NCBI GenBank assembly: GCA_947584805.1 | Contig: CANPWU010000001.1 | Span: forward strand, 45,138-109,137 | Origin: an uncultured Clostridia bacterium | GTDB lineage: Bacteria; Bacillota; Clostridia; TANB77; CAG-508 | Direction: 5' to 3' | Length of the DNA stretch: 64,000 bases | Shown here: positions 11,079 to 20,776 of the stretch, one piece after another | How the letters are laid out: every line of letters begins with the position of its first letter | Numbering within the stretch: position 1 is the first letter of the stretch | The notes under the pieces: generated by a model | The model's database searches: none | Told to the model about the DNA's origin: nothing | Seen by the model: the letters and a program-made list of their open reading frames with translations, nothing else | Translations under genes and position numbers: made by a program

Positions 11079-11793
11079 ATGAAATTAAAAATGAACACGC
11101 TACCTATGCATATTGCGATAATAATGGATGGCAACAGAAGGTGGGCAAAAGCTCATGGAATGAATGCAAAGCAAGGACATACTGCAGGAGCGGAAACTTT
11201 AAAAAGAATATCTAAATATGCTAATAAAATTGGAATAAAGTATCTTACAGTTTATGCATTTTCTACGGAGAACTGGAAAAGAAGTGAAGAAGAAGTCGGA
11301 GCATTAATGTTACTTTTTAAAACTTATTTGAATGATTTGATTTCAGCTGTAGATACAGAAAATATTAGAATTAAAATATTTCGGACATCTCGAGACACTT
11401 CCAGATAATTTACAAGATAGTATAAAAAAAGCAATGGATAAAACAGAAAATAATACAGGACTTACGCTATGTATAGCATTTAATTATGGTGGAAGGGATG
11501 AAATTACAAAAGCTATTAGAGAAATTGCATCAGATGTTAAAGATAACAAGATTCAGATTAATAACATAGATGAAAATTTGGTAAATAGTTACTTATATAC
11601 AAAAGATGAACCAGATCCAGACTTGTTGATTAGAACAAGTGGAGAAATTAGATTAAGCAATTTTTTACCTTGGCAATTAGTTTATTCAGAATTTGTATTT
11701 GTAGAAAAATATTGGCCGGATTTTTCAGAAAAAGATTTGGAGGAAGCAATAGAAACATATGAGAAAAGAAATAGAAAATTTGGAGGAAAATAA
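11079..11793 (+). CDS. uppS: Undecaprenyl diphosphate synthase; needs a +1 shift at 11382
   Basis: HIAIIMDGNRRWA...YAFSTENWKR, then after skipping C11382 IFGHLETLPDNL...NYGGRDEI...LLIRTSGE.RLSNF. Confidence 0.9.
11382..11384 (+). other. Zero-frame CGG / +1 site (TTT CGG ACA read as TTT-GGA-CAT)
   Basis: Joins ORFs 11079-11408 and 11434-11793 into one UppS. Confidence 0.85.
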
Positions 11794-11797
11794 ACAT

Positions 11798-12637
11798 ATG
11801 GATTTAAAAAGAATTCTAACATCTGTTTTAGGATTACCTGCAGTTATAGCAATAATAGTTTTTGGAAACAATATAGTAGTAGATATATTTTTTGCAATTG
11901 TTGCAATAATTGCTATAAATGAGTATTTTAATGCATTTGAAAAGGGTAAGACAGCAAAGCCTATTAAATGGATAGGGTATATAGTTGCATTAAGTCTTGC
12001 GGTACTTAGGTTTTTTCATTTAGAATCATCTCTTTTAGATGTAAGTAGTGATATGATAATTATGATGTTTGTTTTAGTTATTTTTGCAGTATTTGTTGTA
12101 TTTTTTCATATTTTAAATTCAGGAATGAAAACAACAATTGTTGATGGAGCTGTGACTATTTTTGGAATATTATATATACCAGTACTTATAATGTTTCTTA
12201 CATTAATATATTCGGCAAAAAATGGAGTGATTTTAATTTGGTATGTTTTAATTTGTGGTTGGGCTACAGATATTTTTGCATATCTTGCGGGAAAAATTTT
12301 GAATGCTAAAAAGCATAAGTTTAGCAAAATAAGCCCTAACAAGTCTATTGAAGGATGTGTTTCAGGAGCAGTTGGAGCAATGATTGTTTCATTAATCTAT
12401 ACAATAATATGTAATACATATTTCTTTACAAATATATCATATATATATATTATACTTATTTCACTATTACTCAGTGTAATTGGGCAAGTAGGAGATTTCG
12501 CAGCATCTAGTATTAAAAGATATAATGGAATTAAAGATTATAGTAATTTAATACCAGGTCATGGTGGAATGTTAGATAGAATAGACAGTATATTATTTAT
12601 TGCACCAGTTGCATATGTGTTACTTTTAAATATTTAG
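11798..12637 (+). CDS. cdsA: Phosphatidate cytidylyltransferase
   Basis: Multi-TM protein with the C-terminal signature SSIKRYNGIKDYSNLIPGHGGMLDRIDS. RBS ggagg lies before ATG 11798. Confidence 0.85.
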   Translation: MDLKRILTSVLGLPAVIAIIVFGNNIVVDIFFAIVAIIAINEYFNAFEKGKTAKPIKWIGYIVALSLAVLRFFHLESSLLDVSSDMIIMMFVLVIFAVFVVFFHILNSGMKTTIVDGAVTIFGILYIPVLIMFLTLIYSAKNGVILIWYVLICGWATDIFAYLAGKILNAKKHKFSKISPNKSIEGCVSGAVGAMIVSLIYTIICNTYFFTNISYIYIILISLLLSVIGQVGDFAASSIKRYNGIKDYSNLIPGHGGMLDRIDSILFIAPVAYVLLLNI

Positions 12638-12657
12638 GGGGAATTTTTTTAGATATA

Positions 12658-13390
12658 ATGATAAGTTTAATTATTGCAATAATAAAAACTTTAGTAATGC
12701 TTGGAATTTTAGTAATTATACATGAAGGAGGACATTTTGTAGTTGCTAAACTTTGCAAAGTCAAAGTAAATGAATTTTCAATAGGATTTGGAAGAAACAT
12801 TTGGAGTAAGGAATATAAAGGCACAAAGTATTCTATACGTTTGATTCCATTTCGGAGGCTATGTTGCAATGGAAGGAGAAGAAGAAGCATCAGATGTAGA
12901 AGGCTCTTTCAGTAATTGTGGATTTTGGAAAAAGATAGCAATTGCATTTGCAGGTCCAATTGTAAATATAGTTTTTGGACTTTTAGTGTATTTTGTATTA
13001 ATTTCAGTTATTTATGACATTCAAATTGCATTTAATAGCACATTAAATTTTATCGGTATGTTTTTTGAAAGCATAAAAATGATGCTAACAGGTGGAGTTA
13101 GTGTTGAAGATTTTTCTGGACCAGTTGGAATAGCAAATATTGTATCACAAACTTCTGGAATAGCTGATTTTGTATATTTGTTATCAGTTATATCTTTATC
13201 ACTTGGAATAACAAACCTTCTTCCTGTTCCACCACTTGATGGAGGAAAGATATTTATATATATAATCGAAGGAATAAAAAGAAAACCTTTAAAGACAGAA
13301 ACATCACTTGCAATTCAAATGGTCGGATTCATTTTAATTATTGGGCTTTCGGTATTTGTTATGTATAATGATGTAATAAAATTATTTTAA
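12658..13390 (+). CDS. rseP: RIP metalloprotease RseP/site-2 protease (M50); needs a +1 shift at 12853
   Basis: HEGGHF zinc motif. After skipping C12853: IPFGGYVAMEGEEE...NLLPVPPLDGG. Confidence 0.8.
12853..12855 (+). other. Zero-frame CGG / +1 site (TTT CGG AGG read as TTT-GGA-GGC)
   Basis: Joins ORFs 12658-12915 and 12869-13390. Confidence 0.85.
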
Positions 13391-13392
13391 AT

Positions 13393-14007
13393 ATGGAGAA
13401 AAAAATGAGTAAAAAAATTGGAGTATTCTTATCAAGAATGCAACCTTTACACAAAGGACATATGGGCATGATAGATAAAGCCTTATCTGAGAATGATAAG
13501 GTTATAATTTTAATAGGAAGCACAAATAAAAAAGGAACTATTAGAAACCCTTTAGGAATTGAACTAAGAAGAGAAATATTGCAGGAAGCATTAGAAGAAA
13601 AATATACTAAAGAAGAATTAGAAAAAATATATATAAAAAATCTTCCTGATTGGTCTACGGAAACAGATTATGATTCGTTTCTAGAGTGGGGAAGATATCT
13701 TTATTATAATATTACAGCAATTGCAGAGCAAAAGACTTTTTCTATGTATTTTTCAGACGATAGAGAAATAATAGAAAATTGGTTTGAAGATGAAGAAATA
13801 AGAAAAAGAATAGATCTTAAAATATTTGAAAGGGCATCAATGTTTGAGGCTGTATCTTCAACTAAAATCAGAAATGCGTTTTTAAACGGAGATAGAGAAT
13901 ATATCAAAAAGAGTGTACCAGAGGCAGTTGAAAGACGCTTTGATTTAATAAAAAGTATTATAGATAAAGTATATGAAGCACCAAAAGAAGACTATAATAT
14001 GGAATAA
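13393..14007 (+). CDS. Nucleotidyltransferase of the NMN/NaMN adenylyltransferase family
   Basis: GVFLSRMQPLHKGH (H-x-G-H) and SSTKIRN (ISST-x-x-R) motifs. Confidence 0.6.
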   Translation: MEKKMSKKIGVFLSRMQPLHKGHMGMIDKALSENDKVIILIGSTNKKGTIRNPLGIELRREILQEALEEKYTKEELEKIYIKNLPDWSTETDYDSFLEWGRYLYYNITAIAEQKTFSMYFSDDREIIENWFEDEEIRKRIDLKIFERASMFEAVSSTKIRNAFLNGDREYIKKSVPEAVERRFDLIKSIIDKVYEAPKEDYNME

Positions 14008-14018
14008 GAAGGGAATAG

Positions 14019-15045
14019 ATGATGAAAGTTTCAGATTTTGATTATGAATTACCAGAGGAACTAATTGCACAAACTCCAATAGAAAAACGTGATATGTCAA
14101 GACTTATGGTAGTAGATAGAAAAACAAAAAAAATAGAGCATAAGATTTTTTCAGATGTAATAGATTATTTAAACGAGGGAGATTGCCTAGTTATAAATAA
14201 TACTAAAGTAATTCCTGCAAGATTATATGGTAAAAAAACAACTGGAGCAAATGTAGAATTTTTACTTTTAAAGAGGATAGAAGGAGATATTTGGGAAAGT
14301 ATTGTAAGACCAGGGAATAAATTAAAACCAGGTACAGAGATAATATTTGGAGATGGAATTTTAAAGGCAGAAGTTTTAGAAGTTTTGCCAGGGCGGAACT
14401 AGAAAGGTTAAATTTATTTATAATGGAATTTTTAATGAAATATTGGACAAGATAGGGCTTATGCCACTTCCACCATATATACATGAAGAATTAAAAGAAA
14501 GAGATAGATATCAAACAATATATGCAAAATATGAAGGATCAGCAGCAGCGCCAACAGCAGGACTTCATTTTACAGAAGAATTACTAAAAAAAATAGAAGA
14601 AAAAGGAGTTAAAATTGCAAAGGTTACACTCCATGTCGGAATTGGAACTTTTAGGCCAGTAAAAGAAGAAGACGTAGAAAAACATGAAATGCATTCAGAA
14701 CATTTTTATATAAAACAAGAAGATGTAGATAAAATAAATGAAACAAAGAAAAATGGGAAAAGAGTTATATCTGTTGGAACAACTTCTTGCAGAGTTTTAG
14801 AAAGTATATCAGATGAAAATGGATTAGTACATGTTACAGAAGAAGATACAAGCATATACATTTATCCAGGATATAAATTTAAGTGTATAGATGGATTAAT
14901 TACAAATTTCCATCTTCCAAAATCAACTCTTTTAATGCTTGTTTCAGCATTAGCAGGTAGAGAATTTATACTAGATGCATATAAAGAAGCGGTAAAAGAA
15001 AAGTACAGATTCTTTAGTTTCGGAGATGCTATGATTATACTATAA
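14019..15045 (+). CDS. queA: S-adenosylmethionine:tRNA ribosyltransferase-isomerase; needs a +1 shift at 14394
   Basis: [14 protein letters not shown]...; after skipping C14394 PGGTRKVKF...MPLPPYI...[13 protein letters not shown]...VGTTS.R.LES. Confidence 0.9.
14394..14396 (+). other. Zero-frame CGG / +1 site (GGG CGG AAC read as GGG-GGA-ACT)
   Basis: Joins ORFs 14019-14402 and 14443-15045. Confidence 0.85.
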
Positions 15046-15046
15046 T

Positions 15047-15895
15047 TTATTTGAAGCTCATTTTATGCAATAAACACATTTCACATCCCGTGCATATTTC
15101 AAATCTTTTTTCAAAGATAAGTTTTAAAGTATTTATAAATTCATCAGGCTTATTATCATTTAAATGGATAATAAGTCTTTTTGGTACAAGATTAAGAAGA
15201 GCATTTAAAGCGTAATCATTTGAAGAAAATGTAATATCAGAGAGATATTTTGCATTAAATACTTCATCATCTTTGTTAATCGGAATAACATTTTTATTTT
15301 TATCAAGCAAAATACTTTCTCCACTCAAATATACAAGATGAACAATAGGCTCATTAGGAGGAGTAATAGAAACATATAATTTTAACATATTTACAAATTC
15401 ATTATATTCTTTATCTGTGATATATTTATTAACTGCAATATCTATTATATAATCTAAGTTTTTAATATAATTTTGTAATCTGAAATTTACAAATCCTTCT
15501 AATACTAATGACTTATTAGATTTTATATAGTCCATAACGGAATAGTAAATAGAGAAGAAATTATCTTCTTTTGTAATTGAATCACTTTCTATAAATGATA
15601 ATGCAATATTAATAATTTCTTTTTTTTCTAAGCTATTAAAATAAAAATAATTGTATTCAAGTATTCTATTAAGCATTTTCCTTTCATAAAATTTAATAAT
15701 TGCATCTGTCAAGATTGAGGAAATTTTATCATAGAAAAAATCTAGATTTTGAGCTGTATAGTGAATAATAATATTTTTATAAATTTTAAATTCACTATTT
15801 GTTATATACAAAGAATCTAAACCTAAATTCAAGAGTTTATCATTTAAAAATGTAAGTATTTCGTTGTTGTTATTTTTTATGCATATTGATTTCAC
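15047..15895 (-). CDS. Hypothetical protein, possibly YtxC-like sporulation protein
   Basis: 282 aa intact ORF. The resemblance to YtxC is by size and composition only. Confidence 0.35.
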   Translation of the reverse strand: MKSICIKNNNNEILTFLNDKLLNLGLDSLYITNSEFKIYKNIIIHYTAQNLDFFYDKISSILTDAIIKFYERKMLNRILEYNYFYFNSLEKKEIINIALSFIESDSITKEDNFFSIYYSVMDYIKSNKSLVLEGFVNFRLQNYIKNLDYIIDIAVNKYITDKEYNEFVNMLKLYVSITPPNEPIVHLVYLSGESILLDKNKNVIPINKDDEVFNAKYLSDITFSSNDYALNALLNLVPKRLIIHLNDNKPDEFINTLKLIFEKRFEICTGCEMCLLHKMSFK

Positions 15896-16002
15896 AAAAA
15901 AAGACCCCCTTGAATTTTAACTTTTTAAATGTATTATCCCTCAAAAAAATAGGTTTATACATTATCTTATTCAAAAAGGGTATTTTTGCAACTTGTATAT
16001 TT

Positions 16003-17598
16003 TTAGATATATATTTTATAATCTATATCAGGAAAGATAACATCTTTTTCTGAGATGTCTTTTAAATAATTTTCATCAATTGTGTCTGACATTATTTCGT
16101 TATAAAGCTTAGTAAACCTTCCAACGTGGTCCTTTATACGTTTTTTTGCATAATCGACCATAGTTCCGGTTTGTAATAATAAAGTTCCAATCGCTACTTT
16201 GAGCAAGAAGTAGTTCTCTCGCACATTGATTTAAAGCTGAAATTTTTAATTTGTCAGTTTCATTTGCAAACATATTTGCAAGTTCAACCATCATATCAGC
16301 ACATTTATGCAAATGTCTTACAACATAATCATTAAGTTCATTTAACCATACTTCACTATAACCATTTGCTCCCCAACTAGAGCGACAAGGAGTAGCTTCT
16401 TGCATTTCAGGATATTTATCAATAAATTCGCTTGGAGTAATTAATTTAAAATCACATTTATCATAATAAATCTTTTTAAATAAAATATATAGCCAATATG
16501 GGCCTTCATACCACCAATGACCAAATAATTCTGCATCATATGGACATAATATAATAGGAGGAGTTTGCATATGTTTTGCAAGACTTGTGATTTGAGCTTG
16601 TCTTGAATCAAAAAAGTGCCCTGCTTGCTTTTCTGCTGAATCCATTGCCCATCTGACATTATATAAATCTTTGTCTTCAGTTTTACCTGTAATTCTGTGA
16701 TACTTTATTCCAGTATTTACTCTAACACCATCATATGTAATATATGGTTTAATATAGTCATAATCTGCATCATAACCAATGTCTCTATAAAATTCACGAT
16801 AATTATAATCTCCAGGATAACCTGAAATTGAACTCCAAACTTGTCTTGAAGATTCTAAGTCTCTTCCAAATGCTACAATACCTTCTTTAGAAACAATAGG
16901 AGCAAATGTACCATAAACAGGTGCTGGATCTGCATATAAAATTCCATGAGATTCAGTAATAATATATTCTATACCAAACTCTTTTAAATATTTATCAGCT
17001 TCAGGAACATAACCACATTCAGGTAGCCATATTCCACGAGGTTTTCTTCCAAGATATTTTTCATATGTTTGAACTCCGTACTGCAATTTGTGCACGAACA
17101 GCCTTCTCATTTACATATAAAATAGGAAAATATCCATGTGTTGCTCCGCATGTTATAATTTCTAAAACACCAATATCTTGAAAGTATTTAAAACCTTCTA
17201 TAATATTAGAATGATAAACATCTTTAAAAATATGTAAATCACCGTTTGTATTTATCTAGATAATATTTTGAAAGTTCATTAAGTCTTTGATTATCTTTTG
17301 TTCTTATAACTTCCTTTTCGCATAATTCTATGTGCTTTTCCAAATATTTTATATATCTTTTTTGAAGAAGAGGACTCGCAAGCATAGAAAGAAGAGGGGG
17401 AGTAAGAGACATAGTTAATCTAAAATCAACTTTTTCCTCCTCTAATTTTTTAAAATTTGTAAGTAATGGAATATATGTTTCAGAAATTGCTTCAAAAAGC
17501 CATTCTTCTTCTAAATAATTTTCACTTTCTGGATGATGCACAAAAGGTAAATGTGCATGCAAAATAAAGCTTACATATCCTTTTGGATTATTAGTCAT
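16003..17598 (-). CDS. GH57 family alpha-glucan branching enzyme (DUF1957 type); needs three +1 shifts
   Basis: N-terminus GYVSFILHAHLPFVHHPE, middle CGATHGYFP...LPECGY, C-terminus AQSSDW. Three ORF fragments are joined by skipping the sense-strand C at 17244, 17078 and 16168. Confidence 0.8.
16166..16168 (-). other. Zero-frame CGG / +1 site (AAC CGG AAC read as AAC-GGA-ACT)
   Basis: Restores ITNGTMVDYAKKRIKDH in the GH57 C-terminus. Confidence 0.8.
17076..17078 (-). other. Zero-frame CGG / +1 site (GTA CGG AGT read as GTA-GGA-GTT)
   Basis: Restores AQIAVGVQTYEKYLGRKPRGIWLPECGY. Confidence 0.8.
17242..17244 (-). other. Zero-frame CGG / +1 site (AAA CGG TGA read as AAA-GGT-GAT)
   Basis: Restores KYKGDLHIFKDVYHSNIIEGFKYFQDIGVLEIITCGATHGYFP. 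Confidence 0.8.
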
Positions 17599-18503
17599 TA
17601 GTTATTCCTCTTTCTACTTCTTAAATTAAACTCACCAGATGATATAAATTCACCAGAAGATGGGTTAGAAAGTTTATTTAAATCTTCTTCATTATATAAT
17701 GCGCTATATACATCATATATATTTCCATATAATTTATCAATATTGTTAATAAATCTAAGGCTTCCAAAATCTTTGCGTGATAACGTGTTTGTTTTAACAT
17801 TTCTAAATAATACATTTCCAAGATCAGCTTTTTCAAATAAAATATGATCATTTGGAGATACCATTTTATTTGAAGAATTTATATAAATATATGAATCTTG
17901 ATTTTGATTATATTTTCTTCCAAGCTCTATAACATAATCACAATTTGGTTCTTGTGTTCTAATATACCAACTATTTGCAAAATCGTTTATTTCAATTTCA
18001 AAAGAGTAATTATGTGTAAGATTATGCACAATAAGAATTGGTCTTGTTTCATAAAAGAAATTTTGACCGTGTGCATTTATTAAAGAGTTTCTATCTTCAT
18101 CTGAGATATCCCAATAAACAAATAGGGTAGTTGGGGTTTGTGCAAGAACTTTAACAATTGTTTGATTATATCTATAAGGCAAATCATAATATTCTGCAAG
18201 CATAGGTTTTGCAGTTGATTCATCAGGCTCTTTTTTTGATTTTGATCTAGGAGTAGTTTTTCTATTAGTAGCTACAGCTTTTTTTGTAGTTTTAGCTTCT
18301 TTATTCTTTGCAGATGTTTTTTTAGTTTGTTTCTTTTCAGCTACAGCAGACTTTGTGGCTTTTGAACGAGTAGAAGCTTTAGATGAGCTACTTGTATCTT
18401 TAGTAGTTTTTCTACTACTAGACTTTTTTGTCTCACTTTTAATTCCTTTTTTTGTTTTTTCTTCAATTACTTCTACGTCTTTTTTTTCAGCTTTTTTTGC
18501 CAT
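17598..18503 (-). CDS. DUF4912-like protein with a Lys/Ser/Thr-rich N-terminal tail
   Basis: Start MAKKAEKK with RBS aaaggagg. C-terminal YDLPYRYNQTIVKVLAQTPTTLFVYWDIS resembles DUF4912, which usually precedes GH57 genes. The TAATG stop/start overlaps GH57. Confidence 0.55.
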   Translation of the reverse strand: MAKKAEKKDVEVIEEKTKKGIKSETKKSSSRKTTKDTSSSSKASTRSKATKSAVAEKKQTKKTSAKNKEAKTTKKAVATNRKTTPRSKSKKEPDESTAKPMLAEYYDLPYRYNQTIVKVLAQTPTTLFVYWDISDEDRNSLINAHGQNFFYETRPILIVHNLTHNYSFEIEINDFANSWYIRTQEPNCDYVIELGRKYNQNQDSYIYINSSNKMVSPNDHILFEKADLGNVLFRNVKTNTLSRKDFGSLRFINNIDKLYGNIYDVYSALYNEEDLNKLSNPSSGEFISSGEFNLRSRKRNN

Positions 18504-18598
18504 AAAACTTCCTCCTTTGTAAAACATATATATATCATATATCAAAAAGTAAATAAATTCAAGATAATTCTTAAATAAAAATAAAAATTTTCCACAAT

Positions 18599-18627
18599 TT
18601 GCAATTAACATAAAAAAGTGATATAAT
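18599..18627 (+). promoter_or_regulatory. Sigma-A type promoter of the FtsH-like gene
   Basis: ttgcaa, a 17 nt spacer, then tataat with an extended -10 TG (gtgatataat). Confidence 0.5.
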
Positions 18628-18664
18628 TATTACAAGTGCCAAATTGCACAAAAGTACATTGAAA

Positions 18665-18678
18665 ATTTATAGAACGAC
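18665..18678. repeat. Left copy of the 14-bp perfect inverted repeat bracketing the FtsH-like gene
   Basis: atttatagaacgac in the 5' UTR. Its exact reverse complement is at 20598-20611. Confidence 0.8.
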
Positions 18679-18703
18679 AAATAAAAAAATGGAGGAAAAC
18701 AAA

Positions 18704-20596
18704 ATGTTCAAAATTTACAAAAAAATCGCACCATTCGTCCTCACGGTTTTATTGGCCGTGTTGGCATGCTGCTATGCAGCACCCATTGGTATCGTACCAG
18801 ACATTTTTAATCAAAAGCAATATATAGAGAAGTTCATTGTAGAAGGGCTGGCAGACAAAGGACTCATTACTTCTTTTGAGATTCGCGACGAATACTGTGT
18901 ATTTATGCTTAAGCAGGGAGGTATGTACTTAGATTTTGAAAGCGATATACGGTATTACACAGAGACTGATGATTATGTAATAGAAACTATTGAGGAACAT
19001 TCAGACAGCATCAAAATTATTGACAAAAGGTCAAGCGGACCCTTAAGTGTCTTCATAGCTCCTATTAAAGCTTATTTTGGAAGAATTTTAACTGTAGTTG
19101 CATTAATAATAATTTGGGCAACAATAGAATTTTGTTATGATCAGCATCTTACCAAGAAAAAGGAGAAAGAAGAAAAGGAAAACCAACAAAATGACAAAAC
19201 AGGGGCTGTTTTAACAAGCAATGGAAAAGGAGGATACACTGAAGTAGAAAGTAGCAAGGTTACATTTGCTGATGTCGCAGGTATGGAAGAGGAAAAAAGA
19301 GAACTCAGTGAAATCGTAGATTTCTTGAAAAATCGTGAAAAATACGAGACTATGGGAGCTAAAATTCCTCGAGGAGTACTTCTAACAGGTAAACCTGGAA
19401 CAGGTAAGACATTACTTGGAAAAGCTGTTGCAGGAGAAGCAAATGTGAGTTTCATCTCAATGTCTGGTTCTGATTTTGGTGATAGATATGTTGGCGTTGG
19501 AGCAAAAAGAGTCAGAGAGCTTTTTGATGAAGCACGTAAAAGTGCACCATGCATCATATTTATTGACGAAATTGATGCTATAGGATCAAAAAGATCAGGA
19601 AATGATGATTCGGCAAGCAAAGACGATAATCGGACATTGAATCAACTCTTAACCGAGCTCGATGGCTTCGAGGAAAGAGACAACATCATAATTTTTGGAG
19701 CCACAAACATGATTGATAACTTGGATCCTGCACTCTTAAGACCCGGAAGAATTGACAGAATCATTTATGTAAGTTTGCCCAATGTTCTCGAACGGGAAGC
19801 AATACTTAAGGTTCATTCAAAGAATAAACTTCTTATGGATGACATTAGTTTGAGGAGGCTTGCACAAAATACTGCTGGATTTTCCGGAGCTGAACTTGAG
19901 AATTTGCTTAACGAGGCAGCAATACTTGCCGTCCGAAATTGTCATGAAGTAATCACACAAGTAGATCTTGATGAAGCATTAAAAAAGGTCACAATGGGAC
20001 TCGAAAAGTCTAATCGTGTCATTTCTAAAAAAGAAATGGAAATTACAGCCAATCATGAGGCTGGACATACGATTGTATCTTTGCTTATGCCGACTCAAAG
20101 CGATGTTAAAGAAGTTTCCATAGTTCCACGTGGAAATGCTGGAGGCTATACTTGGCACAATGGGGAAGAAGGCATAGGCTATAAGAGTAAGACTGAGTTC
20201 AAAGATAAACTTGCGGTATTGATGGCAGGACGAGCAGCAGAGGAAATTGTCATTGGCGATATCTCAACAGGGGCTTCCCAAGACATCAAAGTTGCAACAC
20301 AAATTGCAAAAAACATGGTTTTGCTTTATGGAATGGATTCAGATGTTGGACCGATTTCTGTAGCAGAACTTGAAAATGAAAGATGCGGAATCTTGGGAGA
20401 ACAAAAACGCGATGATATAAGTAGCAGAATTACAAACATTTTGAAGGAGGCAGAAAAAACAGCAAGAGAACTTATCAACAAGCATAGATCTCTATTAGAC
20501 CAGCTTGTGCGGTTATTGCTTGAAAAAGAAACCGTATCAGGCGAAGAGCTTAAAAAGCTCTACAGCGAATATATTTCAGCAGTTAATGCAAAATAA
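18704..20596 (+). CDS. FtsH-like membrane AAA+ zinc metalloprotease, compositionally foreign
   Basis: RBS ggagg precedes ATG 18704. Two TM segments, Walker A GKPGTGKT, Walker B IIFIDEID, and M41 motif HEAGH. Visibly GC-richer codon usage, with four in-frame CGG Arg codons (18950, 19631, 19793, 20510). Confidence 0.85.
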   Translation: MFKIYKKIAPFVLTVLLAVLACCYAAPIGIVPDIFNQKQYIEKFIVEGLADKGLITSFEIRDEYCVFMLKQGGMYLDFESDIRYYTETDDYVIETIEEHSDSIKIIDKRSSGPLSVFIAPIKAYFGRILTVVALIIIWATIEFCYDQHLTKKKEKEEKENQQNDKTGAVLTSNGKGGYTEVESSKVTFADVAGMEEEKRELSEIVDFLKNREKYETMGAKIPRGVLLTGKPGTGKTLLGKAVAGEANVSFISMSGSDFGDRYVGVGAKRVRELFDEARKSAPCIIFIDEIDAIGSKRSGNDDSASKDDNRTLNQLLTELDGFEERDNIIIFGATNMIDNLDPALLRPGRIDRIIYVSLPNVLEREAILKVHSKNKLLMDDISLRRLAQNTAGFSGAELENLLNEAAILAVRNCHEVITQVDLDEALKKVTMGLEKSNRVISKKEMEITANHEAGHTIVSLLMPTQSDVKEVSIVPRGNAGGYTWHNGEEGIGYKSKTEFKDKLAVLMAGRAAEEIVIGDISTGASQDIKVATQIAKNMVLLYGMDSDVGPISVAELENERCGILGEQKRDDISSRITNILKEAEKTARELINKHRSLLDQLVRLLLEKETVSGEELKKLYSEYISAVNAK

Positions 20597-20597
20597 A

Positions 20598-20611
20598 GTC
20601 GTTCTATAAAT
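20598..20611. repeat. Right copy of the 14-bp inverted repeat
   Basis: gtcgttctataaat begins 2 nt after the stop codon. Confidence 0.8.
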
Positions 20612-20613
20612 CA

Positions 20614-20645
20614 GAAGCCCCAAAGTTTTTATGACTTGGGGCTTC
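20614..20645 (+). terminator. Hairpin terminator after the FtsH-like gene
   Basis: gaagccccaaag...cttggggcttc stem. The T-run is weak. Confidence 0.5.
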
Positions 20646-20776
20646 AAATTTTCTTATATTTCTTAAAAAAATATTAAAAACTTGCAAAAAAAAATTTACT
20701 ATGTTATAATGTCTTTTATCTGACATACACATGCAACACATTTTAAGCAAAAAATATAATAAAGGAACGTGAAAAC

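Noticed and set aside
18644-18703. Longer N-terminus for the FtsH-like gene, and longer N-termini for ORFs 62788, 28287, 41871, 43599, 52847 and 55133
   Set aside because: In each case an internal ATG with a strong, correctly spaced RBS fits the family N-terminus. The upstream extensions overlap promoters or upstream genes.
19141-19620. 159-aa ORF antisense to the FtsH-like AAA domain, and similar antisense ORFs at 27796-28305, 28991-29467, 34637-35107 and 57844-58309
   Set aside because: All lie opposite strongly supported genes and lack RBS and family features.
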